From: Takakia lepidozioides
Taxonomy: Eukaryota > Plantae > Bryophyta
Assembly (NCBI GenBank): GCA_030704615.1
Contig: CM060734.1
Location: 37,014,001-37,078,000 of the forward strand
DNA: 64,000 nt
Direction: 5' to 3'
This document shows positions 11,805 through 25,886 of the stretch, piece by piece (within the stretch, counting starts at the first letter, position 1; each line of letters starts with the position of its first letter). The notes under the pieces were generated by a model. It worked only from the letters and a program-made list of their open reading frames with translations, had not been told where the DNA came from and searched no databases. Position numbers and translations under genes: made by a program.

Positions 11805-14699
11805 CTTCGAGTTTTTTTACTTAGTTGTGTACCATAGCAACTTAAGCACACACATTAGCTCAAATTGGGAGCTGAGTCAACAACCATAACCTTTTGTGAA
11901 GTAACTTGCAAGTAAACGATCTTCTCAACATAACTCTGGAGAGGATCTGTCCTATAGATTGTTGTTTAGAAGCTGAGTGTTATTAGTACACTCTATTTGT
12001 GGACCAGCAGAAAGGTGGCCAAGTCTGTTCAAGTGTAAGACTATTGTAAAGGCGAGTGAAACTGACCAAGATCCATCCACCTTCAAGATCCCATTCAGCT
12101 CTGTATTTCAAGTGGCTGTGGTACAACTGTCAGGTGAGACCCACATGTACTTCGTATGTAGTGATTTAGCACTCCAAAGCTGCAGGCTTCAAAACCGAAA
12201 GTCCTGTCCAGAAGAAACTATCTATGAACAGGAGCAGCCTAATTTGGAGATGCTGATCCTTCCAACCAACCCTTTTGTGCTCCCTTGTCTACGGCCCTCA
12301 AATGCGGAAGGCCCTCCAGTCAGGCCCTTCTCCTAGAATGTTCCATAATGCTCGCCGAGCAGAGAGGGCATTGAAGGAGCGTGCCTGATCGTGCCTGCAA
12401 ACAACACTGTCTGCGCGCCATCAAGCCACTGACACACCCGCCCACCCACACTCTCACAGCCCATCACCCTTTCTTGTTTTTCTCTTTCTTTTCTTCTTTC
12501 TCTTTTTTTTTGGTTTTTTCTTTGCAGCATTATCACAATTTCTGTAATTTTCAACTACTTACAAATTGGGACAAGTGGGTTGGTGTGTGCCACCTGGGTG
12601 ATGCTGGGCTCAAATCCTGCTACCTGCTCTAGAACTATGAATGCCTTCCTTTCTCATTTCTCTTTTCCTTCTGTTTTGTTAACTTATTGATGTATCCTAC
12701 ATTCCAACCAAGTTTGATGATATGTCACTAACAGTTTTTCGGCATCGGATTTGTGTTAATTAGTTGACTACAATTTCTTCAAAAATGTTTTGTGAATTTT
12801 CATTTTGCCGCAATTAGGGTGAGTTTGGTATTGACATGTTTTCAACTTTATATAAAGCTGAAACTAACTTGGGACTGGTAGTGTCCAATGGCCTGCTGCC
12901 TGGCGCCTCAGGGCGAGGTTACTTTGAAAGAGGTTAGTTTTTTTTTTTTTTCCCTCACTGCCCGATTTAAGTAAAACAGGGGTCTGATGTCTCTTTTCTA
13001 TTTTTTCTGTTTTTTGAGGTCTCATCCAGATGGCATGGCATGGTCTCATCCCCTATTCATCCCATGGGCCCTTACCATCCCATGGGTCAGACGTGCAAGA
13101 AGAGCTATAATCAAGGAAAGGTTAGGAGGGCGAGTGGACTCTCCACTATGTAAGACTGAAAGCTAAGTTAGTAAGCATTCATGGTCAGGTGAACGAGATC
13201 GCCCACTACCTGCTTGTCAAAATGGAAGGGCCCACTACAAGTCTTGTTATAAGGTTGAGGCTCGGACCCAATTCATTCTCATAAATGGCCTCAGCATGCC
13301 AAGGAAATCGGTACCGCCTATGCGAGCATCACTTCCTTTCTCTACCCAGCCCAGTCACAGAAATTCTGTACTAACTGATAATTACCAACTGGAGAGAGTT
13401 GAGGCGATGAAACTGATATGCAGCGAGTACGCGTCCCACAAACTAGCTCTAAGTAAACTCTATACCAGGTGCTGCTTGGAACAACTTGTCATTATAACCT
13501 GGATAGGTTATGCATGGGATGTATGTTTGCCTTGTTTGTCAGATCTTCAGCGTTCAGTTCTTGCTAGTCCCAATTGAAGGCAAGGAAGCGGTTGATTGTA
13601 CACAATACAAGTTGAGGTTCTAACTTCTCAAAATATCATAACTTGTGGGTTGTCCTTCTTTCCGCAAATGTCAAACAATAACTCCGATGCAGAGTGAGAT
13701 TGTTGCAGATTTGTTAGGAAGGCTCGCTCTCCAGACTGCTGCAGGCCCTCCTCTCATAAATTTCCAGAAGAACTGAAGTTAGAGTGACGTTCCAATCACT
13801 GTGGAATTGCGTTTTGTGAAGAAGAGTTGATGGGACTCGGGAGATTATATTTGGTTGGAGGAGTCACAATAAACAGGTCTGTACTAGTGGGCAGACTGGC
13901 TAGCTTGCCGGTCAACATCTGGCGGCTGATCGCCGGTCACCGTGACGCCGTCAGTCCAGCACGACCGGCGTCAGACGAATTGCATGCACGGCTACCAGTG
14001 GCGATGGCGACGGACGTTCCACCATCTCCACAACGCTGTCGTCGTTTCTCGTCGGTAATTGGACGAATATCGAACGTGAAACAGGGTACTGCCGGTCGCC
14101 AGAAGGGAAGCCATAATTGGCGTATTGAAGGCTCACAAAGGACGTGAGGGGGTGGGCCCGCTCTGTTGGCAATCCTGAATTCAATGCGCAGTCAGGCTTC
14201 TCCCTCCCTTTCAGACTCCATTGTTCACTCCAGCGACCTGCGATCGTGCTTTGAAAGCTTTGTAGTAGGCGTACATTTGCAGAGGTTGTGATCATCTTTG
14301 CATTACTGACTTGTCGCTCTCTTTGTCTGCTTGCTGATCTTAGCCTGGCTTCGTCCTGTGGAGCTAGTAGCTGCATGTGTGTGCTTGTGAAATCATACTT
14401 CGAGCTGAATTTTCTCTCTCTTTTGATCTCTCTGTAGCTGCTTGGCGATGGTGTGGACCTCTCCTTCTTGCCCTCCCCAAATTCAGAAGAGTTGCGTGGT
14501 ATAACTGCTCGGTACAAAATAGATATAGCTACAAGTGACAGTCCAGCTCAAATTGTTGAGTGTTGGGTAGGAACTAGTCTCGCAGAAGTGCTTAGGGCTC
14601 ATTGAATCCATATTTCTTTTCTCTCGGGAGTTAGAAGCCTGGTCGCGGAGGTGTAGATTGTGGAGAACCTTGGGTCATTGTTTGTTTGAACGGAGATCC

Positions 14700-17600
14700 A
14701 TGGGGGTCGAGATGAATGGCATCGTAAACCCGTCCAGAAACCGAGGGAGTTGGGACCAACGACAGGTACGGGGGCAGCAGAATCGCCCTCTTGCAGGAAG
14801 TCTAAGTCCTCTAAGTCGGGCACTCTGGAGGGATAAGGCCATTGCAGAAGGCATCGGAGACATGTCTGCAAGGCTCACTTGGATGGACTTGTGGGTCACA
14901 GTTACAAATGGCAAAGGGGAAAGTCAAACACTGCTGCATGGGCTAACAGGATTTGCGGAACCCGGCTCAATGCTTGCTATTATGGGTCCATCAGGATCAG
15001 GGAAGTCAACATTGCTTGATTCTTTGGCAGGTACAATCGAAAGGCTTTCATTTAGGATTTTGCTATAGTTCCTTTGCAAGAATTTAATTTCGAGGTGGGG
15101 TCTGTAGGAGTGAGGCTGGACAAGCGAACGTTAACTGAGCTTAGAGAAACTGACTGGATGCTTGTACAGTAGTGATCCCGTGAGACCTCTCATGTTGGGT
15201 TTTTCTCCCAGCTACCCTGTGCAGTAGCATTTACATACATTTTTCTTCATGAGACTTCAATGATCATGCCATTCCTAGACGTGCATGTCGCAGTCCATAA
15301 TAAGCAGACTGATGTATCGCGGTATGTACTCATGTCTGTGTCATCTTTTCTCGTTTTTCTTTCTTCCTCTTGGCGGCATATCATGTACTTTACTTGACTG
15401 ATGGAGAGGATGTCCCAGTAGCTGCCTCCATCAGTCTGGGTTGCGTTTACTCCTGAACGACCGACAAGGGATAGAAAGGGAGAACCAACAGTACAACATC
15501 CCTTACACGGTGCGAGGTGGTGGACACAAAGGGAAGTAGAGAAATGTAGCATGCATCTGCAAAACCCACTCAAAACTCCAACGTGAAGATCTCTTTCCGC
15601 GTCCCAAACGACTAAACTGCGGCTGCAGTAGATATTGTATGATACTGGTGAATCTCACTCGTACATGTCTACTACGGGCTATGTTGGGGCATATGTTGGT
15701 CGGGACTTGAATCCCTCCTGCTCCTGTCCACACCAGTACCCAATTTCTTGACCGTCCCTGTCTCTCCACCTCGTTTTGCCCAAGAAACTCACGTCCCAAC
15801 TTAAAAGGCACGGAGCTCTGTTGCACCCCTAGTTGCTGTCCCTCTCGTCCCTTTGCTCTCTCCCTATATCTCCTCTGTATTTCTCATGACGCTTTGGATT
15901 TTCAGGGAGGCTGGCGAAGAATGCAACCTTAACAGGGGACATACTTGTGAACGGACGCAAGAAAGCTCTTTCGTATGGCATAGCTGTGAGTCTCAATCTC
16001 TAAGTTGCGCTGGCCCACCAGAGAGTTCCTGGTATATTTTTGCGAATTTGATGGTTTTGGTACACATGGTGCAACATTGCGGTACTTCAATGATGTATAA
16101 AGTGCAATCTGCCTCATGCGTACAGAATTCGGTTATTGTTGAGTTTCAAGTTAGTGAAGGAAAGAAGATAAATACTCAGCCCAACAGCTGTAAGACCATG
16201 TCAGCCTCTCTGGCATTTGTCACATCACTTGAACTCTCGGCATCAAAACTCTCTGATCACCCAAACTCGGTGATCAAGACTCTTTTGGTTTTGGTGTTGA
16301 TCACCGAGTGATCGAGACTCTTATCTAGGAATGGAACTCGAACTTAACTTTCTATCATGTGAAACTCTCTTCGTCAGAACCATGTAAAGGTCTTCAGGGC
16401 CATTTTAACAGACACCAAACATAAACTGACTGTGTTCTTGTTTGACGTTTCAGGCATACGTCACACAGCAAGATGACCTGATAGGAACACTGACAGTGCA
16501 AGAAACTATCTATTATTCAGCCAATCTCCGGCTTGCAACTGGCATGTCAAGAGCTGAGAAGAAGGCCATCGTGGAGAGTACAATTATTGAAATGGGTCTT
16601 CAGGACTGTGCAAATACACCAATTGGAAACTGGCATCTTCGGGGTCTAAGTGGGGGTGAAAAGCGGCGTGTAAGTATTGCTTTGGAGATTTTGACACGCC
16701 CACGCATGCTGTTTTTGGATGAGCCCACCAGTGGCTTGGACAGGTATCTTCGGTTCCTAGTTGAATCTCTGCCAATTTGCAGCCCGCTGCATTATGTTTG
16801 AACATTCCCTAACCAGCAGTTTACAACATATTACTTCATGGCAGCTGCTCAGAAAATCTGGGGGAATAACTGGGTATGTCCAGGATATGTTTATTATTGC
16901 TTCCCCTGGTAGTTGGCAAGGTCCATAGTTGGAGACGGCAAGATCAGTTGATCAGTCCTGGTTAAGTGCTTTTTCTGGCCACTAATCAGACACCACCACA
17001 TGAAGTTCTGATCCTCATAAAACCAAGCACCAAGTCAATCTAAACCTGCAATTATTCACAAGGTGTTCTAATTTGGACTGTCCACCAACAAGGGGTACCA
17101 GTAAACAGGAGAGGTGGGTCAGTTGGACGCGAGTGGATCTTGATGGGTAGTTCTGAGACCCAGTTTCCCAATCCATTGGATTCAAGGTCGAAAAGAGCTA
17201 GCCAAACATCCAGCTGAATAAGTATTAAAGAGACCTGAAATATCTATGATGCAGAGAAGAAAATTGTTTTGCTTGATCTCCAAGTCCTCACTGAATTTTC
17301 TTTCAGCTTTTTGGTTAGGTGGGTTGGAATGTAAACCATTGCATTCTCACTCCACTTCTTTCATGTCCCTAGTTGTAATTCCCTTTGAGGGTGGAAACTG
17401 TTCTACCATGTCTTTTGCACAGGGTGATTTTTGCAGATATGTCAATCTGGAAACATGCATATCTGTCAACTTCTATGCTGAAAACTGACACATTTGCATT
17501 TTGGTGCAGTGCCTCTGCCTTTTTTGTTATAACAACCTTGAAGAATTTGTCAAGAGATGGGCGCACTGTGATTGCTTCTATCCACCAGCCAAGTAGTGAG

Positions 17601-20600
17601 GTCTTTGATCTGTTTGACAACCTGTTTCTGCTTTCACATGGACAAACCATCTTCTTTGGTGAAGCTGCTGCAGCCCATGAGGTTGGTCTCCTTGCCTTAG
17701 CTTTCCCATAGTCTTTGCAAAATTGTATGGCTTTGCTATCAGTGGCGATGGTGAATGGATACTGACTCAGTTGTTTATTCACTTTCCAGCACTTTGCAGC
17801 TTCAGGTTTCCCATGTCCACAGCTGCGAAACCCATCCGACCACTTTTTACGGGCGGTCAACTCTGACTTTGACCGGGTGAAGGCCACTTTGAAAGGGTCC
17901 TTCAAAATAAGGGTATTATCATTTTACCAGAGTCCTGTTTTTGTCAATCTGCTCTCTGAATGTCAGGGTCCAACCTCTTCTATGGTACTTGTCCTTACGT
18001 AAAGACGTAGATTGTAGCAATAAGGTTTGAGTTGATGTGTTCACCCTTGTGCTTTGTATGTTCCAGGACTTTGAAGCAGGCAGTGTTGACCCCTTGGACA
18101 GAATGACTACGAACCAGGTGGTGAAGATATTGGTAGATTCATACTTGAAGTCGGAGTTCTACACAATGGCTCTCTCCCGGGTGCATGAAATCAACCAGAT
18201 TGTAAGGAAAAAGGCCGCAATTTCTCCAACAAAATGTACTGCAAGCATAAATGTGGACAGTAGAAGCAAGATTCTCTCAAAGCTTTCTGTGAAATTATGT
18301 CCCAGATGTTTTGGTTAACAGACAAGTAATATTGTAGAGAAGTATGGCAACGTGCAAGGCTGGGGGGGAGGGTTGTTTCTAGCACCAAAAACCTTGGCTA
18401 AAGCAGATGGTCTTGTGTATAATGTGCTGTGATTGTTTCAGGAAGGTACAATCTTAGATTCCACTGGCAGCCAAGCAAGCTTCTTTCGGCAATCATTTAC
18501 CTTGATGCGAAGATCATTTGTTAATATGTCCAGAGACATGGGATATTACTGGCTGCGACTCGTCATCTATATTCTTCTCACTATTTGCATCGGCACTATC
18601 TATTTCAAAGTCGGCACTGATTTCTCAGCAATCACGGTGAGAGATGGAGCACAGATGTGGCTATGATGTGTGGCTGTAAATCATAGTGATGTCAAAGTTA
18701 CAAGATTATATGGCTTCATGACTGCTATGTACCAAATGTGTGGACATTGAGCCCACACTACTTTTGAGTGAACAAACTGCTGGACCTTGCCTGGCCGTGC
18801 ACTCCTTTGTTAAATGGCTCGGATGTTTGGGAGTATAATTGGGCATATTTAGTGCTTTAAAACAGGGCTCTTACCAAAGTAGGCTTGGTATTGCCCTCTT
18901 TTGCATGACAAGGCTACTTTTCAATCTCAGCTCTTTTTTCGTTGGTGGAGAAAAGAGTATCTCAGCTTATGCATGGTGTTTGGCAGGGAAGAGCAGGATG
19001 TATGTCCTATATTACGGGTTTCTTGACATTCATGTCCATTGGTGGTTTCCCTTCCTTTGTGGAGGATATGAAGGTATTCTTAATCACAACCTCTTTAATG
19101 CATGGACCACCTCAGTATATGTACGAGTTCAACTAAGAAAACAGATTGTTGCAGAGAACCCCTTAATTAAAATTTGTTCAGCTACATCTCCAGACTCGGC
19201 AAGCTGGGGTTTCAAGAGGTAAAGAAAGGGACTGGTACATGAAGTATATCGGTCATGACCCTGAAAGTCTTAATATCTCATTGAAGAGAAGCGCCTTCTT
19301 GATTGTGAAAGGACTCCCGATTTGAACCTACCCCAGCAGATGGATTCAGGGAGAACCACCAAGTGTACAGATTAAATTCTGAATCAGGTGGAAAATTGGC
19401 TCAACCTAATGAAGCTGAGGTATTCCTACCCCAACTAGCAGTGGGTGGAAGAGCAACACAAGCCTTTTGCAGCTCTAAATGGTAGTATTTTATGTGCTGA
19501 CAGGTGTTCAGTCGTGAGAGGCTCAATGGGCACTATGGAGTGGCAGCCTTTGTGATTGGCAACTCACTATCTTCAGTACCATTTCTGTTCCTGATATCCC
19601 TCATATCAGGCTCAATCTGTTACTTCATGGTGCAGCTGCACCCTGGCTGGGACCACTTTGCTTTCTTTATTCTCATGCTCTTTGCATGCGTGGCGTGTGT
19701 GGAGAGTCTGATGATGGCTGTCGCCAGTGTCGTCCCCAACTTCTTGATGGGTATTATTACTGGTGCTGGAATTCAGGTACTGCCTCTTCTGCAAACTAAT
19801 ATTAGTTGCTTCCCAGTTGAGAGTGTTGTGTGTTGTTGTTACAGTCCTTTTCTGCGGAAAGGAAATTGGGTGGGCTAGCCACAAATAGACAGAGGACCCT
19901 CAGTTTTACGAATCAGAGCTCCAGGACAATATTAATAGCTCTGATTGACTGCTAGACATGAATAATAATCTGTTAGCCTTACTGTATTTGGATGGACACA
20001 AACAGACGGGGGCAGTCAAATATGCTGAGAGGGCTCAGTTTTCGCTAGTTGAAATATCTCATCATACTGTTGCTTGTGTCAGGGAATATTTATGCTGGTG
20101 GCAGGATTCTTCCGACTACCAAAAAATTTACCCAAGGCAGTGTGGCGCTATCCTATGTCTTACATAGGCTTCCATATGTATGCACTTCAGGTCTGTATGC
20201 GGGTACCCTGACTGCCCAATTGTTTCCTTGATACATTATTGATCTCTGTAGTTTGGAATCACATTTTTTGCTTTCCGTGAACATCTTATCTTGAAGTAAA
20301 ACCCTTTACCCCCATCAAACTCAGACAAGCTGATGTAGAATCTGGTATTGGTTTTACCTGGCACATTCGGTTGATGGGTGTAACTTCCCAATAAGGAAGC
20401 ATTGTTGGGATCCTGTATTACTGGTCCTTCCAAGGAACAGGAGGAACCCTTCAGCCTTTTTGGACAATTCTGGGACGGAAGTACCCATTGTATGGTCATT
20501 TGTTGGGTTTTACAAAAGCCATCTCTTGACTGTAGCAGCTTTAAAATGAATTTATCTGTTCAATTTTTATACTTATGCCACATGTGTAGCCCTTCCTGGA

Positions 20601-21168
20601 GCTCTCTCCATCTACTTAAATCATTGCTAGTGAGCAGAAGTACTGACCACCCATGTGCTACAAATAGGAGAACAATGTGGAAGGCTCCGACACAGGAACC
20701 TTCTGCAAGACTCCACATCCAGCTGAGAAGAAGGGAAAGGGAAAAGACCTAATTTGCAGGAGAACTAAGAGAAGCTATGGTTGACTTTGGCAGGGCATGT
20801 ATCAAAACGACTTTTTGGGATTGACCTTCAAGAATTATGTTCTTGATGGCTCTCCTATTGGGCCTCCTATCACAGGAGAATACATAGTGAAGGACCTCTA
20901 CCAGATTGAGACCAAACGAAGCAAGTGGGAAGATCTGGTCATTCTCTTTGGCATGGTCATTGGCTACAGAATTATCTTCTTCTTCATGATTAAGTTCACT
21001 GAAAATGTGCGACCTCTTATACAGTCTCTCCTTGCCAAACGTGCTTCACCGGGCTGCCTTGACCGAGAGCACTCAGCTGTTCAGAATACAATCCGTCCGG
21101 TCTCTCTGACCCCATCACCATCCCCCCTTCATGATGAGGCACCATTGCGGTATTCGGGCAAGCATTGA
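14700..21168 (+). CDS. ABCG11: ABCG11-like half transporter (cuticular lipid exporter family); 11 exons: 14700-15030, 15906-15985, 16454-16743, 17510-17681, 17790-17912, 18067-18201, 18442-18636, 18987-19073, 19504-19776, 20083-20190, 20794-21168
   Basis: Canonical Walker [11 protein letters not shown]-loop YVTQ, signature LSGGEKRR, Walker [12 protein letters not shown] and H-loop IHQPSS. N-terminal [31 protein letters not shown] and RERLNGHYG match ABCG11. GT-AG introns. Confidence 0.93.
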
Positions 21169-24100
21169 TCTAAAGGGGGAGGGGTGCTGTATGTTATCGA
21201 TCTCAGTCAGAGAAAAAGCTTCCCACATTGCTGCATACGACACAATGATCCTTTGAAAGCTTCAAGCAAGGTGAAGTTGTAAGGGACTTTATGGGGTGGA
21301 AGGTGCACAGATATTATCACCCTGTCAGAACCCATGTTGGGCTTTGCATTTAATATTTTCCTGGGCTTCCAAGTGTGACCAAAAGGGCTGAGCTCCTTAT
21401 GAGATGTGGCAATTGGGTGCCTCTGATATACTCAAGCGTTGGATGAATCTTTGGCATAAATTGCAGAGGTGTACAACTCCTTCACTTGATTTCACAGCTG
21501 TTCTGAGAATTCATCACCCATACAAGTGATGTGTGATTTCAGTCTAGAACGACAGACACCTTCTGGTTTCTTGTACTGTCAGTGGTCGAAATATAACTCT
21601 ACAGCCAAGGAAATCTATCAAAGTGAAGGCATGGCAGGGCAAAGTCTACTGGAGTAATTGATGGTCTAATGTAGGATACCAAGGTGGGGCCTGTGACTGA
21701 GGTGAAGTTGTAACAAGGTAATGTCCATACTGCCAGTGATAAGTAGATGAACTGGGAGTAGGAGTTGAGGTTAGGTTGCCTTCTTCAGAATTGCCAACTA
21801 ATGGTTTTGGAGTACACTCAGACCAAAGGCTTATGGCATGGATCTGTCTGTGACGCCATGCATTCTTATTGTTGCTACTATGTCAACTGTATCATATTTG
21901 CTAATTGCGGCTATCTAGCTGCCCCTGAAGAACTTGCTCACATCTGTTACTATGCAAGTCATTTCTCATTCCTTCCAGCCCTGGAGTTCATACAGTCTGC
22001 ACAGTTAAGTCACTCATGGGGCCCTACAACGAATGACTGAGTGCTGACCAGCTCTGCATTTTCTTGTATTCTGGGAGAGACGCATGGAGAGAGACAAGTG
22101 AGGATGAGTCAGTTTATCAGCACCCGAAGACCATATGCCAAAATCATTTTCACATGGGCGACGCGGTCAGAAGGAGGCCTTCATGTCTCACCAGACGTTC
22201 ATGCCAAAGCCGTGTGGGCTTCGCTCATGTCCACTGTTGCAGTAGGACCTTGATATTACTTGGTTGGTGTACCGGAGGACATGCTTCAACATCCAATTGG
22301 TTAAACAGATGCCACACCCATTCTACAGGGGATTGCCTTCGTACCAATCACCTACTCACAACGAGAGAATCAATGTGGCGGTTCTGTGTTCTGTCCCCAA
22401 AACGAATGTAGGGCCCCCCTGTAAAGTCAAAGTCGATCGCAGTTCCTTTGGTAAAGTAGCTAGCTTTTGGATTGCCTTTTTGTAGTACCTACGGTTGTGC
22501 CGACAGACTGGTTTGATCCCCTGGAAAACTTGGATGTACACTGCCTCTGAACTGTTATCTGATCTACAGACGACATGAATCTGTCTTGTCAGTGTGATCG
22601 ATACTTCCGAGTCGCTTGCAGATGTAGAGCCCTTTTGCCGCAGGTTGCTGAAGTATTCAAGATCACAAGGTGACTAGGGTCGCTAATTGCAATAAAACCT
22701 AGTGGGTCGTGAAGGACGTAGTTTTTCCTCTGCATCTAAGGTCTTGGCCAGAATAGCGTGTTCGAATCTACCACCAAATCTAGTGGACCAACTCATCAGA
22801 GATCAATTCTAATGATAGCCAATGCTAGGTGTATTCTACTGTGGCTGCCTTGTATCCATCGGTTCGTTCAATTCGTTCAATGAATACGTTCAACTTTCTT
22901 GCACAGTGTCTAATTCATGGTTCTTCCTGGGATGAGGCAATGCTTGGAGCTAATACATCTGCGAGTAAGAGTGAGGGAGATGGTGTGCTTGAAGAAGTGT
23001 CATGTGACGGAGATATTCCAGTCTCTCCTCTCCCACAATCACAAGGAAGGCCACGTACCTACAAATATTGTTTTGACGAGTGCTCATGTATTTTGTAGGG
23101 ATATATGGGACCATTCAATACAACTGAGTACAGTGTGAAGTGTGAACGGGTGGGTGAAGTCGTAGCTGCAGTATTGAGGTCCACCATAGCCAGGACCGGC
23201 CTGCACCATCACTGCGCGTATGACAATCCGCAATATTCAACTGCCTCACCCCACTGGGTACTCTCTGCGACAAAGGCTCATGAGTGTTGCAGACTTTTCA
23301 AATCCCTCATTAGTATCATCGATGCCAGCGACTTTTCGATCAGCTGCCCAATCAGCCCACACTCCAAAGCGTTGCTCTCTAAAGCAACAATTTGGCCTGC
23401 AATATAGCAAGACTTTCAACAGAGCCGCAACAACCTGCTTGACCTTGCCACCTCTCTCCGACATGCTAAACCTGGTATGGGCGATGCAATGCTGGCGTTT
23501 ACAGAGTGCCTCTGTCAGCTTTTGGTAGCTAACTATTAATGTCATGCATCCAAGACGTTGGTTTCGTATTTTTGCATTCTCCCACGCCCATAAGACCCAC
23601 TGCAAATCTTGAGGAAGTCCACCGAGGCCTTATGCTACCATTTCGTTTCCAGGTCATAAATTGGATGAGATAATTATGATACGTGACAGTTGCAGCAAGA
23701 TCAGTAGTGCGAGAAGTAACCATTTTCACCATGCAGGGCCGTATTAGAGATGACCACTTTTTGGAATTCCCTACACGGCCTCCACGATAATCTAGATCAC
23801 CAGGACAAGTAACCGAGACCGATGACGTCCAGGAAGACCATTGGTTTGATGCAGAATTGTGACTGGATATTCTTAAAACTCGCGGATCAACGTGTTCACT
23901 AATTTCTAATGGTCATTGCTATCTTGGCTTGCAAACTTTACCTTGGCTATGCGCCCTCTCCACGCTGATGAGCTCACGGATAAGCTGTCAGCTATCAAAA
24001 GCTCCCATGCACCTCCTAAACATGAACAACCCAGCACAAAAGTGTAGGAATGGCAGACACAACTGGACACTCTTCTACAAGGTACCCAGATCGTTGGTAA

Positions 24101-24972
24101 TAAACTTATAAAACTGAACACTTCATGTTTCGGATAAGCACATCTCCTGTGTGATCTGGGTACGTTAGTGCGGCATTCATTGATTTGCTGACTGGAGTTC
24201 TTTGAATCATGTCGCTGCTGCTGCTGCTGCTACTGTGCCAGTGTGGAAAATGACCAGCACGGAGGAGACCCCGACTGGAAAGTCTCCCTCGTGCCAAAGT
24301 TATGGCGGCTCTGCTCAACCGAAGCCTGCTTTTAATGTGGTACGTATGCCTCCCACTGCTGTGTACAGCTTACACCTTCAGTGTTCAACATACTTAACCT
24401 TCTCAAGGGAGCCGGCAAAGGAGGTGTTCCCACGCCTACACCTCTCAGCGATTTCTTCACCTCAGTTTTGCTCTTCAAATTTCTCACAAAGGAAACAACA
24501 TGCTGATGTGGCTTCCTTGTTCATAGTGAGTCTCTAGGGTAGAAGCACTCTTCATGGTGCATGTGCCCCAAAGTGCCCCTCAAAAGTAGGACCGTGGTGC
24601 AAGAAAGTATCCCTATTTTTGGACAAGAAGATGGGCCACGTTTAGGGGTTTCCAATGGTATTTTTTTTTTTTATGAAAAGGTTTACAATCCCAAGTGTAA
24701 AAATGCGCCACATGCCACCTAACATTGACATCCTCTAAAAGCATCACCACCCTTCAAGGGTTGTTTTTTGACAGGTAGCCCTACCTTTTTTGTGACAGGT
24801 TAAATTTTGTTTTGACTTTCACTGTGACAGACAACTTCGAGAAAATGCCTTTCACATGATAGGTTGACAGATTTTTGACCTTTCACACAATTTTGTCATA
24901 TGAAATTAAAACGAAAAATGAAAAGAAGTGTGAACTTCTTACAACTACAATTAGTGAAGCTCCAGTCCGTGG

Positions 24973-24999
24973 AAAAAAAAAAAAAAAAAAAAAAAAAAA
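24973..24999 (+). repeat. poly(A) run (27 nt)
   Basis: Directly visible. Confidence 0.9.
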
Positions 25000-25249
25000 C
25001 CCGTGAATACATATGGTATTGTCTTTTATTGTTTTCATGGGTTCCAAGTCCAACTCAAACATGTAGCATTCGTACCACTTATTCTCTAACTATAAGACTT
25101 TAGCATTTTTATCTTCATACATAGCCCCAAGCCTCTCTTCTTTGAGAGATATTTTCTTGGCTTATCAATGAGCTAGGAAATACAATATGCCATATGATTG
25201 TAAGTTTGTAAGTAAAGATTTTGAATCATGCAGGATGGCCGTGTCGAAT

Positions 25250-25560
25250 TAGGTGCAGTTGTTTGAATATGGCACCTCCTCCCCAACGAATGCTTTTGAA
25301 ACAGGATCAGGAGAGGGACTCAAGAAGATTTTTTTTGGCACTGCTGCGGCTGTGGGTACCTCGTGTAAGGGAGAACAAGTTAAACAGGCACTACACGTCT
25401 TGAACCAACAATTCATTTTGGTTGCGAGACTCCAGTACTTAATTGTGCATTTTACAAAGGTGTATCAAGAGTAAAGACCTAGAAATGGGAAAGCAAGTGC
25501 ATGCCCACATTATCCAACATGGATTCGAGCCAAATATCTGTCTACTCAACACCCTTGTCA
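25250..25560 (+). pseudogene. Captured N-terminal fragment of a PLS PPR gene (frameshifted)
   Basis: KKIFFGT..SCKGEQVKQALHVLNQ / LQRCIKSKDLEMGKQVHAHIIQHGFEPNICLLNTLV parallels HKISSGT..LCDAGQLKETLHTLNQ / LHKCIKMKGLAAGKQVHNHIIQSGFEPNVFLNN of the PPR at 59-62 kb. Confidence 0.8.
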
Positions 25561-25796
25561 CAAAATAATAATAATAATAATAATGGAGGGTAGAGCACGC
25601 ATAGGAAACAAGCCTAAAACGGCGATTGGCTCTCTTGTTTTGGCAAAACATAAGAGGAAGGTGAGAGAGAAGCACGTCTCAGCACAACACACAAATCGGT
25701 GCCTTTACACGGTGTAATGGCCTTTGACCACATTTTCTCCATTGACTTCAACTTGATGCAAAGTCTCTCTCTACAAGAGAGCCAACAAAGACGGAG

Positions 25797-25886
25797 AGCC
25801 TAGAGGTTTAAGGCTTGAAATACAAAGAAGGGCAGTTGGCAAGCCTAGAGGTTTAAGGCTTGAAATACAAAGAAGGGCAGTTGGCA
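25797..25886. repeat. 45-bp tandem duplication
   Basis: AGCCTAGAGGTTTAAGGCTTGAAATACAAAGAAGGGCAGTTGGCA occurs twice. Confidence 0.9.

Noticed and set aside
13951-14517. 188-aa antisense ORF and cis-elements upstream of ABCG11
   Set aside because: Likely promoter or 5' UTR sequence; no supportable protein identity or specific regulatory site.
21750-24540. Cluster of short ORFs that might be a decayed transposase or gene
   Set aside because: No motif or terminal structure that I could support; a BLASTX search would be needed.
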